From Chiloscyllium plagiosum (lineage: Eukaryota): a stretch of DNA of 64,000 bases. This document shows positions 1-12,362 of the stretch, one piece after another (the stretch's first letter is position 1; every line of letters begins with the position of its first letter). Position numbers and translations under genes: made by a program. The DNA lies in assembly GCF_004010195.1 (NCBI RefSeq), contig NC_057719.1:32837931-32901930 (forward strand), in the 5' to 3' direction. The notes below the pieces were generated by a model. The model was not told the origin of the DNA, did no database searches, and saw only the letters and a program-made list of their open reading frames with translations.

Positions 1-550
1 GGCTGGGGCTATTTTCCCTGGAACGTCGGAGGCTGAAGGGTGACCTTATAGAGGTCTACAAAATTATGAGGTGCATGGATAGGATAAATAGACAAAGTCT
101 TTTCCCTGGAGTCAGGGAGTCCAGAACTAGAGGGCATAGGTTTAGGGTAAGCTGAAGGGTGACCTTATAGAGGTCTACAACATTATGAGGTGCATGGATA
201 GGATAAATAGACAAAGTCTTTTCCCTGGAGTCAGGGAGTCCAGAACTAGAGGGCATAGGTTTAGGGTAAGAGGGGAAAGATATAAAAGAGACCTAAGGGG
301 CAACGTTTTCACACAGAAAACGTTTTCGTACGTGAATGGAATGAGCTGCCAGAGGATGTGGTGGAGGCTGATACAATTGCAACATTTAAGAGGCATTTGG
401 ATGGGTAAATGAATAGGAAGGGTTTGGAAGGATATGGGCCGGGTGCTGGCAGGTGGGACTAGATTGGGTTGGGATATCTGGTCGGCATGGACAGGTTGGA
501 CTGAAGGGTCTGTTTCCATGCTGTACATTTCCATGACTCTATGACTCTAT
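1..550 (+). mobile_element. Young CR1 (HER1-like) LINE 3' fragment with an internal 119-bp tandem duplication
   Basis: C-terminal ORF2 motif LFSLE.RRL.GDL, then 3' UTR ending ccatgactctatgactctat. Very similar to 11820-12240. Confidence 0.9.
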
Positions 551-892
551 CTGCTCCAGGAAGGAGTAATGATTCAGTCCAGTGAATTTGCAGCATTAAT
601 TCATTAAAGCAAGACACCCATCAGGTGGGGAACAAGATGAAGGAGCAAAGCACAGAGTGGAGGGAATACATTAGTCATGTGAACTTGGTCAAAGCAGTTC
701 AGTGAGTTGGAGAGCAGAAAAGGAAAGGCAAAGGAAGATAAAAAGACATTAAATCAGAATTAGGGAAGAGTTAATGTATGTGACCAAAGATTTGTACAAA
801 AGAGCAATTAGCTGTGAGGAGCAGCTGGATAAGCCCAGATTGTTCTTTCCTTTGGAGGAGAAAAGGTTGAGGGGGGACCTGGTTGAAGTATC

Positions 893-1217
893 GGGCGGCA
901 CGGTGGCTCAGTGGTTGGCACTGCTGCCTCACAGCACCAGAGACCGGGATTTGATTCCCACCTCGGGCAACTGTCTGTGTGGAGTTTGCACGTTCTCCCC
1001 GTGTCAGCATGGGTTTCCTCTGGGTGCTCCGGTTTCCTCTCACAATCTAAAAATGTGCAGGTCAGGCGAATTGACCGTGCTAAATTGCCCACAGTGTCAG
1101 GGGTAAATATCAGGTAGGGGAATGGATATGGGTGGGTTACTCTTCAGAGGATTGGAGTGGACTTGTTGGGCCAAAGGACATGTTTCCACACTGTAGGGAA
1201 TCTGATCTCTAATCTCA
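893..1217 (+). mobile_element. HE1/V-SINE-type tRNA-derived SINE inserted into an older CR1 (about 620-1540)
   Basis: Head ggcggcacggtggctcagtggttggcactgctgcctcacagc, V-domain tgtgtggagtttgcacgttctccccgtg, CR1-like tail. Interrupts an FPLEEKRLRGDLVEV frame. Confidence 0.88.
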
Positions 1218-3258
1218 TAAGTGGAAAGGGTGGTTGGAAAGCAGCTATTCTCCTTAGCTGAAGAGTCAATAATGAGGGGCATAATGTTAAGGTGAAAGGC
1301 TGAACATTTAGAGGTGATTGAAGAAAATTCTTTTCATCCAGACAGTGGTGGGGGTGTGGAATGCACTGCTTGGGAGGGTAGTTGCGGCAGGCAATCTCAC
1401 AACCTTTTAAAAGCACTGAGATAAGTACTTGAAGTGTCACACCTTCCAATGTTGTAGGTCTGGTGCTGGAAGATGGGACTAGTGTACATTTAGTGCAGCT
1501 TTGGTTGTACAGACATGATAGGTCAAAGGGCTTCTTCTAGACTCTTGAGTCTTTGGTTCGATGAGCAGTTTTTGAGGAGGATATTAAAAGTAGTTACCAC
1601 AAAGAGTTCGGGAAAGAATTGTGATGCATCAGGAGTGTAATGCTTTAAAGTTCTAATGCTGATTGCTAACAGTGAAACTTGAGGAGTTATAATGGACCCA
1701 AATGCAAAACTGAACTTCAACTCCAACCCAACCCCAATATTGTAAACCTGAAAGAAAAATGGCAAAGAGCTGCATTGTGGTGACCCAAAGAGACACCTGC
1801 CATATTGAACGTCAAACACCAAATAGAAGAATTAAACATCAAATAAGCTAGTGTTTGCATGTTATTATATTTGTGTAGAGTTCTTGTGAAAATTTATGTA
1901 ACGTTAAAGCTTCATTTTCTTCTCTCGTGCTGCTCACGAGAAAAATAATGCTCCCCTGTTTGAAATTGGTGTTGATGGATGTTCATTGTTCATATGCAAA
2001 TTTGCATCCGAACACACAATTTACTTTTCCGTTGTCATTAATTCAGCAGAACCAGACAAGTTATTCCATTTTTGTTCACCACTTTCCTGAGCCAATGAAA
2101 TGTGATAGAAACAGTTCATAATTGCCTTGCAAATTTTTTGGAAGCATAATCAAGGTTCATTACACTGTACTAATTCTGTTGTTTTCTTTTTATGCTTTAT
2201 GTTACCATGTCAACAAGAAAAGTATTATATTTGCTGCTAAAATAACCACAAAGTTCATGGCACTTATAAATTATTGCAAATGCCACAGCATCTTTAGGCT
2301 TGCACAAATGCACAGTTAAGTTTGTAAATCCAAAAGTTCCCTTTCGTTAAGGCTGGATTTCACTGCATCATGAAGGCCATGAGGTTACTATATTAGTGTG
2401 GTAGGTGTGGGCTAAACTAACAATGTAAAGTAAAGTCTTATCCATTTAAGTATAAGTAATGTGAGTTAATTGCTGTCAGACAATAGAAAATTCACTCATG
2501 TAAATGTAACCTGATTTTGATGTTGAAAATTCACCCACTTAAATTTATGTTTCCTCCTCAACTTCGGAACTGTTTATTTCACAATCTTTGGGGTGATTCA
2601 TTAAAAAGTTATACAGTAATTTGGACTGTTCACTCATGCTCCCCAATACCCTGTCTGATTCCCAGCTTGCTTTGTTCACAAATCGTGATGTAAAGCATTT
2701 CTAAAATCCAAACATGATAGAAAGTCTAACACACAGCATGGGTCCTGTGATTGGAAATTATAGCTATTCCTATTTTTTAACCAATTAAATTACATCCCAA
2801 AATTTTAAAGGACAGTTTATAAGTAAATGTAAAATGCATAGAATTGTTTGAATGGTTCCTGATTTTATTTTATAATGTGTAGGCCATGTGAAAACAAAAT
2901 GCATTTGTTTTTTTTTAAAAAAAATCAAGCTATGAAGGATTGGATTTTACTCCAGTGGAGTTCATCGTGTCTGCCAGAAACAGCATGGTTCTCTGGAGGA
3001 GCTCTGAGTTCATTTAATTTGAGGTGTAACTACAATAATTCATTTTATCCAAGCAATTAGTTTTACCCCACATTATGTATCCACAGTTATTGATTCTCCC
3101 AGCTCCAACTTGATGTTATATCAATCAAATAAAATATCACGAGGTAAAACGGTGACAATGAAAAGAAACAGGATTATATTACACACTTTTCTTTTAGAAT
3201 TGTGAATATATTTCTGTTTAGACAGGGCCTTTTTAGTAAATGGAAATTGCTGCTTTAC

Positions 3259-3414
3259 CTTGCTTGGATCCACTTCGGTCAGCACTGGGTCCTGTATTTG
3301 GAGTGTACTTTGGGTTCCTGGTTGAAGCACTTTGTCTCGTCCAGTCAAAGTTATCAAGTCGATCTTGTGTGAATCCACAGATCTTCTCATTTTCAAATGC
3401 ACAGTTGAATTCGC
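3259..3414 (-). CDS. MDGA2: MDGA2 coding exon, N-terminal part of the MAM domain (156 nt, phase 1-1)
   Basis: Minus strand: ttgttaacag|GC GAA TTC...AAG CAA G|gtaaag. Translates (G)[51 protein letters not shown](G), with the MAM start motif CxFE..C.F.QD..D.FDW and the MDGA2-like [15 protein letters not shown]. Lies within ORF 3233..3445. Confidence 0.94.
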
Positions 3415-3909
3415 CTGTTAACAAATACATGCAACTTCGAATCATTTTATTACAGCTGTATTTATCATTATATATTTTGAAAAATGACAGTCCAGTAACA
3501 GCTTAAATGTACCAGTAACTGGACCATAAAGGTTTGATGCAATAATGTTTATTACAATCCTGTTATAGCTGCAGATCCAGATTGATTAGCTTGGTAGATC
3601 TTATTTTATTTTATTTTGGTTTTAACACTGTGGCATCTTGCTGAAACATTAGAATACAATGCTGTAGATTTTGGTTTGACAATAAATAAGAAGTTTATTA
3701 ACAGAATAAATGTGGATAAAATAGAATAAATCAAACCATCTTTTAAGCAAACAGTAAAAGTATAATCCCATCATTCCCAAAACACACTGTCATAAATGCA
3801 AAGAGAAATGACAGCCTATGCACAGTACACAACAACTCATGCATTATTCAAACAAGAGTCTCTGTCTCTAACAGTCCCTTGCGAGTTTAACTTATGAATT
3901 GGAACTGAA

Positions 3910-4586
3910 GGGCTCTTGTGGTGCAATGGTAGTGTTCCTAGCCCTGAACCAAGATGTCCAAGTTCACGTTCCACCTGCTCCTCAGGTCTGTAATACGATC
4001 TCTGAACAGGTTGATTAGAAAACTAGGATACAGTAAATAGGAATTGAAGGGCTCTTGCAGTGCAGTGGTCTGTTTCCACCTGTGAACAAGGAGGGTTGAG
4101 TTCAAGTCCCACCCACTCCAGAACTGGGCAATAACTTTTCTGAAGTGGTTGATTAGAAAAGTTGGATAAAAACATATTCAGATTAGATTTCCTACAGTGT
4201 GGAAACAGGCCCTTCGACCTAACTAGTCTACCGCGACCCTCCAAAGAGTAACCCACCCAGACCCATTTCCCCAACACTACGGGCAAGTTAGCAAGGACAA
4301 TTCACCTGACCTGCACGTTTTTGGACTGTGGGAGGAAATCCCCGCAGACATGCAAAGAATGTGCAAATTCCACACAGACAGCCACCCGAGGCTGGAATTG
4401 AACCTGGGACCCTGGTGCTAACCACTGAGCCACTGTGCCACCCCACTATGTATATAAAGAATTAGCACAGAAGAACTCTTGTGATGCAGTGGTAATGTCC
4501 CTACCTCAGTACCAGAAGACCTGGGTTCAAATTTTACCTGACCCGAGAGGTGTGTAACAACACCTTTGCAAAGGTTGATTAGGAAA
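3910..4586 (+). repeat. Three same-orientation copies of a ~113-bp tRNA-like SINE (3910-4022, 4049-4160, ~4473-4586)
   Basis: Each begins ~gggctcttgtggtgcagtggt (A-box-like), has a gttcaa-like B-box and ends ggttgattag(a/g)aaa. Confidence 0.7.
4180..4444 (-). mobile_element. HE1/V-SINE-type SINE
   Basis: Reverse complement of the HE1 head, V-domain and tail (gattagatt...ggaaacaggcccttcg...ctaaccactgagccactgtgcc). Confidence 0.85.
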
Positions 4587-5644
4587 GAAAAACTATCAAG
4601 TTGAACTGCATGCAACTTCTTCCTGCACCTACTGTTCATATTGTAATCAATGATATCATAAATTGAACACCATTTCAAGGAAATTAGACACTTTGACATA
4701 CAGGACTGCATTTGGTAAGTGCATTCAATATACATGAGTACAAAAAGATAATAAAACTGAATTGGTTCCATTAATCTTCCTCTACCATTTCATTATACAA
4801 CTTCATTTGCTACACTCTCCAAAAGGTAAAATGAGTAACATGGGAGGTAAAAGAAAAGCGGTGATTAATTTGAAAAAAGAATTCAGAAAAATTCCTCCTT
4901 GCCTGGATAAGGTCCTCATGGAAACACCAAAAGATCCATTTTTATCTATGACTCATCATTAGACATATTGAAATCACCGAATTTACTCTCACTGTCATTG
5001 TCAAACTGTGCTAATATCTTTGAGAATATATGGCTATAGAGAACAAACTATTGATCAAGCTTACTTAATAACAAAACAATTAGTTCTAAACTTCCAAGCT
5101 TCCTTATTCTTATCATTTTTACTTTGTAAAGTAACCTGCGTAGCGGCACTGTATCACAGTCTTCATCTACATTGACTTCATATAAACAAATTAAATCCAA
5201 TACATCATCAAAATATTCTGCTGGATCCATCAAACAAAACATACTACATGTCAACCCATGCAGACCATTATGTTGCAGTCACAGTTCATACTCTTGGTGA
5301 CTCTGCGGACTCTGCGGATTCCTAGCATGCACCAAATAGATCAGATTCACAAAACTACCAGAAACTTTGTTATCTCTAAGCACGGCCAGCCTTAATGAAT
5401 CCTGCAAGTTTGTTTTGGGAATTTCTATTACTTGTCAGAATTTTCCAAGTATTGCGAACCAACAGTATTAGACAATATAAAAGCAGTTTTCGTAAATGTG
5501 GGAGGGATTGCCACTGCTGGGACTTCGAGACACTTGCAAACCTGGGACCAAGTTTAAACCCCAGCTCCACAATACTTCAGATGTTATAAGCCAAGAACTG
5601 CCCTTCACTCTGTCATCCCACAGCATTACATCAAATGATTGAGA

Positions 5645-5830
5645 AGGGCAAGTTAGTTCCTCAGTTCACTTAGAGAGACATGAAACTTTTGGTAGAAAGA
5701 AGGACAGTGCGGTATCCAGCTGACCAGCAGAAGAGGCCATACCCCCATATTAGACAGCAGCCCACACTGTGCAGAGGTCCTGGTAACAAAGCCATGCCTG
5801 GTCTTCTGCATTCCACAAGGATGAGTGTCA
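5645..5830 (+). pseudogene. Decayed Myb/SANT-like ORF remnant, probably from a PIF/Harbinger DNA transposon
   Basis: Reads GKLVPQFT*RDMKLLVERRTVRYPADQQKRP, resembling the PRFS..D...L...V..RR..L(Y/F)P.D...RP start of Harbinger Myb-like proteins. Motif recognition only. Confidence 0.45.
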
Positions 5831-5879
5831 CCAACATCTCTGCTACCTCACACTCACAGGACCACCACTCACTTTGAGA

Positions 5880-6255
5880 AGAATGAGATGCAAACTCATT
5901 GAAACATATAAGATTTGGAGAGAATTTGACAGGGTATATAGGAAAAGTTGTTTCCACTTGTGGGAGAGTTAAGGACCAATGGGCATAATCTCATAAAAAG
6001 TGGTTGCACTTTTAAGACAGAGATGACAAGCAATTCTATCTTTCAGATGGTTGTAAATCTGTGAATTCTTTATGGCTGGGGCAGTAAATACATTGAAAGC
6101 TGAGAGAGATACAGCTATCTTTAAGTGAACCAAGGATTGTGGGAAAAAGACAGGAATGTGGAGTTAAGGATTATCGGATCAGTCATGATCTCATTGAATT
6201 TCAGAACAGACTTGATGGGCTGAATAGCCTACTTTTACTTCTCCTACGTCTTATG
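5880..6255 (+). mobile_element. Older CR1 3' fragment
   Basis: gagaagaatgag...ctcattgaaacatataag through 3' UTR ...gggctgaatagcctact; similar to 33450-33850 and 54630-55020. Confidence 0.75.
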
Positions 6256-6807
6256 CTACTCACACTCATGAACCACAACTTTCAGTACTGCAAGTAACAT
6301 ATACATTCAACACTACATCTCATCCTCACAAGCTCCCATACCTTTCTGCCCTCTGCACTTCGTACTCACTCACTGGGGACACTTTATAACATCTCCTGGT
6401 CCTACATCAGCGCGAACTGCTCTTCCATACATTGTCATCACAGTCAGTGCCTCCTTATGGCTCATTATAGAAAGGTTAGTGCACTCTCAAGACCCATGTC
6501 ACCACCCTATCCAGGCTGTCAGTCCTGTAATCCTGGAAGAGCACAGCAGTTCAGGCAGCATCCGAGGAGCAGCAAAATCGACGTTTTGGGCAAAAGCCCT
6601 TCATCAGGAATAAGGCAAAGAGCCTGAAGCGTGGACAGATAAGCTAGAGGAGGGTGGGGGTGGGGAGAAAATAGCATGGAGTACAATAGGTGAGTGGGGG
6701 AGGGGATAAAGATGATAGGTCAGGGAGGAGGGTGGAGTGGATAGGTGGAAAAGGAGATAGGCAGGTAGGACAAGTCATGGGGACAGTGCTGAGCTGGAAG
6801 TTCGGAA

Positions 6808-7653
6808 NNNNNNNNNNNNNNNNNNNNNNNNNNNNNNNNNNNNNNNNNNNNNNNNNNNNNNNNNNNNNNNNNNNNNNNNNNNNNNNNNNNNNNNNNNNNN
6901 NNNNNNNNNNNNNNNNNNNNNNNNNNNNNNNNNNNNNNNNNNNNNNNNNNNNNNNNNNNNNNNNNNNNNNNNNNNNNNNNNNNNNNNNNNNNNNNNNNNN
7001 NNNNNNNNNNNNNNNNNNNNNNNNNNNNNNNNNNNNNNNNNNNNNNNNNNNNNNNNNNNNNNNNNNNNNNNNNNNNNNNNNNNNNNNNNNNNNNNNNNNN
7101 NNNNNNNNNNNNNNNNNNNNNNNNNNNNNNNNNNNNNNNNNNNNNNNNNNNNNNNNNNNNNNNNNNNNNNNNNNNNNNNNNNNNNNNNNNNNNNNNNNNN
7201 NNNNNNNNNNNNNNNNNNNNNNNNNNNNNNNNNNNNNNNNNNNNNNNNNNNNNNNNNNNNNNNNNNNNNNNNNNNNNNNNNNNNNNNNNNNNNNNNNNNN
7301 NNNNNNNNNNNNNNNNNNNNNNNNNNNNNNNNNNNNNNNNNNNNNNNNNNNNNNNNNNNNNNNNNNNNNNNNNNNNNNNNNNNNNNNNNNNNNNNNNNNN
7401 NNNNNNNNNNNNNNNNNNNNNNNNNNNNNNNNNNNNNNNNNNNNNNNNNNNNNNNNNNNNNNNNNNNNNNNNNNNNNNNNNNNNNNNNNNNNNNNNNNNN
7501 NNNNNNNNNNNNNNNNNNNNNNNNNNNNNNNNNNNNNNNNNNNNNNNNNNNNNNNNNNNNNNNNNNNNNNNNNNNNNNNNNNNNNNNNNNNNNNNNNNNN
7601 NNNNNNNNNNNNNNNNNNNNNNNNNNNNNNNNNNNNNNNNNNNNNNNNNNNNN
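6808..7653. other. Assembly gap (846 N)
   Basis: Run of n. It falls where the RT C-terminus and GIY-YIG domain of the PLE are expected. Confidence 1.
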
Positions 7654-8789
7654 GTGCCCATGGCTACCCCTTTGGCCTGGAGGAAGTGGGAGGATGCGAA
7701 GGAGAAATTGTTATGGGTGAGGATCAGTTTGGCCAGACGAATGAGATTGTCGGTGGAAGGATACTGTTGGGGTTGTCGGGAGAGGAAGAAACGGAGGGCT
7801 TGGAGGCCCTGGTCATGGCGGATGGAGGTGTAGAGGGATTGGATATCCATGGTGAAGGTGAGGCGTTGGGGGCCGGGGAAACGGAAGTCTTGGAGGAGGT
7901 GGAGGGCGTGGGTGGTGTCTCGAACGTATGTGGGGAGTTCCTGGACAAGGGGCGATAGGACAGTGTTGAGGTAGGTAGAGATGAGTTCAGTGGGGCAGGA
8001 GCATGCTGAGACAATGGGTCGGCCAGGGTGGTCAGGCTTGTGGATCTTGCGAAGGAGGTAGAACTGGGCAGTACAGGGTTCCCGAACTATGAGATTGGAA
8101 GCTGTGGGTGGGAGATCTCCTGAGGTGATGAGGTTTTGTATGGTCTTGGAGATGATGTTTTGGTGATGGGGTGTGGGGTCATGGTCGAGGGGGCTGTAGG
8201 AAGAGGTGTCCTTGAGTTGGCGTTTGGCTTCAGCGGTGTAGAGGTCAGTGCGCCAGACTACCACTGTGTCCCCTTTATCTGCTGGCTTGATGATGAGGTC
8301 AGGATTGGATCAGAGGGATTGGAGGGCTGTGTGTTGTGAGGGTGAGAGGTTGGAGTGGGGCAGGGAGGTAGACAGGTTGAGGCGGTTAATGTCCCAGCGG
8401 CAGTTGGAAATGAAGAGGTTGAGGGCAGGTAATAGGCTAGTGCAGGGTGTCCAGGTGGATGCAGTGTGTTAGAGATGGGCGAAGGGGTCCTCGGAAGATG
8501 GGCGGGAATACTGATTGTGAAAGTAAGCTCGGAGGCGGCGGAAGAAATATTCGACATTACGGCATGTATTAAAATCATCGATGTGTGGATGGAGGGGGAT
8601 GAAGGTGAGTCCTTTGCTGAGGACTGATCGGTCATCCTCAGTGAGGGGAAGGTCTGGAGGGATGGTGAAAACTTGGCAGGGCTGGGAGTTGGGATCTGGT
8701 GTGGGTGTGGAGCTGGGAGTGGGGGCAGAGCCAGTGACTGGAGTGGGTGTGATGGTGGGGGGAATGGGGGAGGGAGTCATGAGCAGGGG

Positions 8790-9245
8790 CACCTCCACAC
8801 ATCTATTAGCCCTAGCTCCTTATTCAGATCCACCAGTTGTCTAGATCTAAGAGATATACCCATTGTATTCTTAGCTATGCAATCTGTCTCTAGGTTCATA
8901 ATACAGTTAAAATTTCCTCCTATAATTTTATGGCAGACCCCAAAAGCCATCAACTTAGAGAAAACTTTCATTACAAATTTACAGGGGCGCGCTGGGTGGG
9001 GCAATAAAGATTCAAAATTCCATATTCCTCTCTATATATTAGGGCTTTGTTCAGTATATTCCGTCCAGACTCATCTTTTATCTGGCTTAACATTTGGAAA
9101 GGAAGATTCTTCCGAATAAGAATGACTACTCTCCTACTTTTTGAACTGAAAGATGAGAAAAAAGCCTGATCAAATCCACCTTATTGTAGCTTTATGTGCT
9201 CTTTGTCAAGTAGATGTGTCTCCTGTAAGAGAGCTATGTCAACCC
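8790..9245 (-). pseudogene. L1-clade ORF2 AP-endonuclease fragment
   Basis: Minus strand: VDIALLQETHL..EHIKLQ*GGFDQAFFSSFSSKSRRVVILIRKNLPF...IKDESGR...ILNLYCP, frameshift, then IIGGNFN...LGLIDVWR. These are APE motifs QETH, N.Y.P, GGDFN and DxWR. Confidence 0.82.
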
Positions 9246-9352
9246 TTTCTTTTCATCCCCTCCCCCACTCACCTATTGTACTCTATGCTACTTTCTCCCC
9301 ACCCCCCCCCTCCTCTAGCTTATCTCTCCATGCTTCAGGCTCTCTGTCTTTA

Positions 9353-9387
9353 TTCCTGATGAAGGGCTTTTGCCCGAAACGTCGATT
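9353..9387 (+). ncRNA. Minimal type I hammerhead ribozyme motif in PLE pseudo-LTR (core intact)
   Basis: ttc CTGATGA a GGGC-tttt-GCCC GAAA cg TC ga. Core boxes intact, 4-bp helix II, palindromic ACGT in place of helix III, GUC triplet. Helix I is only about 2-3 bp. Activity untested. Confidence 0.7.
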
Positions 9388-10387
9388 TTGTTGCTCCTCT
9401 GATGCTGCCTGAACTGCTGTGCTCTTCCAGCACCATTAATCCAGAATCTGGTTCCCAGCATCTGCAATCATTGTTTTTAACCACCGTCCTGTAATCCTCA
9501 CAATCTCCAGATTACACAGACATGGATCCTTGAATCAAGCACCTGCCATGCCCTGGGGCAGGAACCTGAGCCAAAAAAGTACACTATTTATTAAGATCTT
9601 CCAGCTCACTGAGGATTCAGGCAATCTTATAATCTGCTGTGAAAGCTCTGCTTACATTTTAGCAGTTTTTGAACACCTCAGTTGAACCAATCCACAGCAT
9701 TCTAAAACAATCACCAATATTCCAAATGAAACAACCTATAATATTAAAAACATTAATTTGCCCTCTCTCACAATGTTTCATGGATATTTTATTTACAATG
9801 TTCCAATATTCAGATCCACGTCTTAGTTAAACATTAATCAACTCTTCTTTTGACCATACTTTGGATACCAATTTACATTGGAATCAGTACATTAGTTTTT
9901 GAGATTACTGTTTACAAACAGATAAACAAGGATGAAAACATTATCTCTCTCATCTTCAGTACTGGAGGTAATGAATTATATAAATGCATCTTTAATCGGT
10001 GCATGCCATGTTTTAAATCAACATCTTTTATTTTTAAAGTTATGTCCTCTTTAGTTTCAAATGAAGTTTCTATTATAATGTGCACTAAGATCCTAAATTT
10101 GTGTGGGTTTATAATCCTGCAAATTAGGTTATAATGAAGCTTTGCATACATGATGCAATTTATTTGAGAGTTCAGTTCTACATATCTTTGACTTAAACAC
10201 ATCAGTAGAGCGTCTGTCAAACACAAAATGGGCAAATAAATCAAGGTTATTACCTTGTCTTCTTGATCATTATCGCAAGTAAATTGGTTCCCCACGTTAG
10301 TACAAAATAGCATATCGACACCTAATGCTACTTTCATTCTTGTGAAATCTTTGGAATACTATATGGGAAAAGTGCAAAGCTATTCCA

Positions 10388-10855
10388 GGGCTGGATTTTC
10401 AGAGCAGGGTAAAGAATCCAAAACACAGATAAATTCTGGTTTCAGACTCTACAACATGATTTTGGGACATAAATGTTCTAATTGGGAATCTCATTGACAG
10501 CTCCTTTGAAGACGCCAGCAGTATTGACCCAGAACAAAGTGGCCGTGAAGGTAAAATGCAGGTACATCACTTGACATGGCACAAGCTGGCCGATGAAACA
10601 AATAAAATAAAATTACAAAAAAAATCTTTTAGATGTTTCATCAGGGGAACCTGACAGCTAGGAACTAGTGTGTAGCAAACTATTTGGGTTTGCTGATTTG
10701 CCCTTTGAAAATTCGAATGTCAATATTTGAATGGAGGCCACCAGGCTGAACGGGTTCCTGGCTCCCTTAGTCCACCAGCAGCAGTTTGAATATTGAAGAC
10801 TATCCTTGAGGTGTCAACATTTAGAGGCAACCTCCAAGACTCTAAAATTACACCC
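10388..10855. mobile_element. Possible non-autonomous PIF/Harbinger-type DNA transposon
   Basis: Imperfect terminal inverted repeats gggctggattttcagag and ctctaaaattacaccc. No convincing TSD. Confidence 0.35.
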
Positions 10856-10995
10856 AGCGTGAGTCCCAGCCTTGAAGACATTTGAAACTCAGGTTTTAAG
10901 TGCAGGTATACCTATGCAGTTAGTGGGACTCTCTCAGGCTGCCTGGAGGAACACTGGTGCTCTACCTCAACCCTAGTCTGCCACTTGGAGGCAAC

Positions 10996-12240
10996 TTGGA
11001 GTTTTTTGAGGAAGTAACAAAGAGGATTGATAAGGGCAGAGCAGTAGATGTGATCTATATGGACTTCAGTATGGCGTTCAACAAGGTTCCCAATGGGAGA
11101 CTGATTAGCAAGGTTAGATCACACGGAATAGAGGGAAACTAGCCATTTGGATACAGAACTGGCTCAAAGGTAGAAGACAGAGGGTGGTGGTGGAGGGTTG
11201 TTTTTCAGACTGGAGGCCTGTGAACAGTGGAGTACCACAAGGACCAGTGCTGGGTCCACTACTTTTTGTCATTTACATAAATGATTTGGATGTGAGCATA
11301 AGTGGTACAGTTAGTAAGTTTGCAGATGTCACCAAAATTAGAGGTGTAGTGGACAGCGATGAGGGTTACCTCAGATTACAACAGGATCTGGACCAGATGA
11401 GCCAATGGGCTAAGAAGTGGCAGGTGGAGTTTAATTCAGATAAATGCGAGGTGCAGCATTTTGGGAAAGCAAATCTTAGCAGGACTTATACACTTAATGG
11501 TAAAGTCCTAGGGACCATTGTTGAACAAAGAGACCTTGGAGTGCAGGTTCATAGCTCCTTGAAAGTGGAGTCACAGGTAGATAGGATAGTGAAGAAGGCA
11601 TTTGGTATGCTTTCCTTTATTGGTTAGAGTATTGAGTACAGGAGTTGGGAGGTCATGTTGCGGCTGTACAGGACATTGGTTAGGCCACTGTTGGAATATT
11701 GCATGCAATTCTGGTTTCCTTCCTATCGGAAAGATGTTGTGAAATTTGAAAGGGTAGAGAAAAGATTTACAAGATTCTTGCCAGGTTTGAAGTATTTGAG
11801 CTCTTGGGAGAGGCTAAACAGGCTGGGGCTGTTTTCCCTGGAGCATCGGAGGCTGAGGGGTGACCTTATAGAGGTTTACAAAATTATGAGGGGCACGGTA
11901 AATAGGGTAAATAGACAAAGTCTTTTCCCTGGGCTGGCGGTCCAGAACTAAAGGGCATAGGTTTAGGGTGAGAGAGGAAAGATATAAAAGAGACCTACGG
12001 GGCAACATTTTCACACAGAGGGTGGTACGTGTATGGAATGAGCTGCCAGAGGAAGTGGTGGAGGCTGGTACAGTTGTAATATTTAAGAGGCATTTGGATG
12101 GGTACGTGAATAGGAAGGGTTTGGAGGGATATGGGCCGGGTGCTGACAGGTGGGACTAGATTGGGTTGGGATATCTGGTTGGCATGGACGGGTTGGACTA
12201 AAGTGTCTGTTTCCATGTTGTACATCTCTATGACTCTATA
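10996..12240 (+). mobile_element. Young 5'-truncated CR1 LINE (RT and 3' UTR)
   Basis: ORFs 10957..12159: [45 protein letters not shown]. Tail tctctatgactctat. Confidence 0.95.
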
Positions 12241-12362
12241 ACTTCAGACAATGGTGCCCAATGTATCCAAGGACCTGGAGACTGACTGGACAATTCGAGT
12301 TGGCTTTCAGCAATAGACCTCATTAGACCATCATTGAGGAGAATTGGCTCATGGCCACTTAC

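Larger units (their letters stand above)
6535..9485 (-). mobile_element. Penelope-like retroelement (Neptune-like) with inverted pseudo-LTRs and 13-bp TSD; spans the N gap and contains an L1 fragment
   Basis: Minus-strand PLE motifs LSKGLTFIP, IKPADKG, KIHKPDHPGRPIVS, TMDIQSLYTSI, FLQAKGVAMG (7654-8790, frameshifted). 6533-6710 is the reverse complement of ~9250-9430. TSD gtcctgtaatcct at 6522-6534 and 9486-9498. Confidence 0.9.

Noticed and set aside
6690..8264. The two longest ORFs (422 aa and 514 aa)
   Set aside because: Their length comes from reading through 846 Ns. Only the minus-strand 7654-8264 part is real PLE RT; the plus ORF is its antisense.
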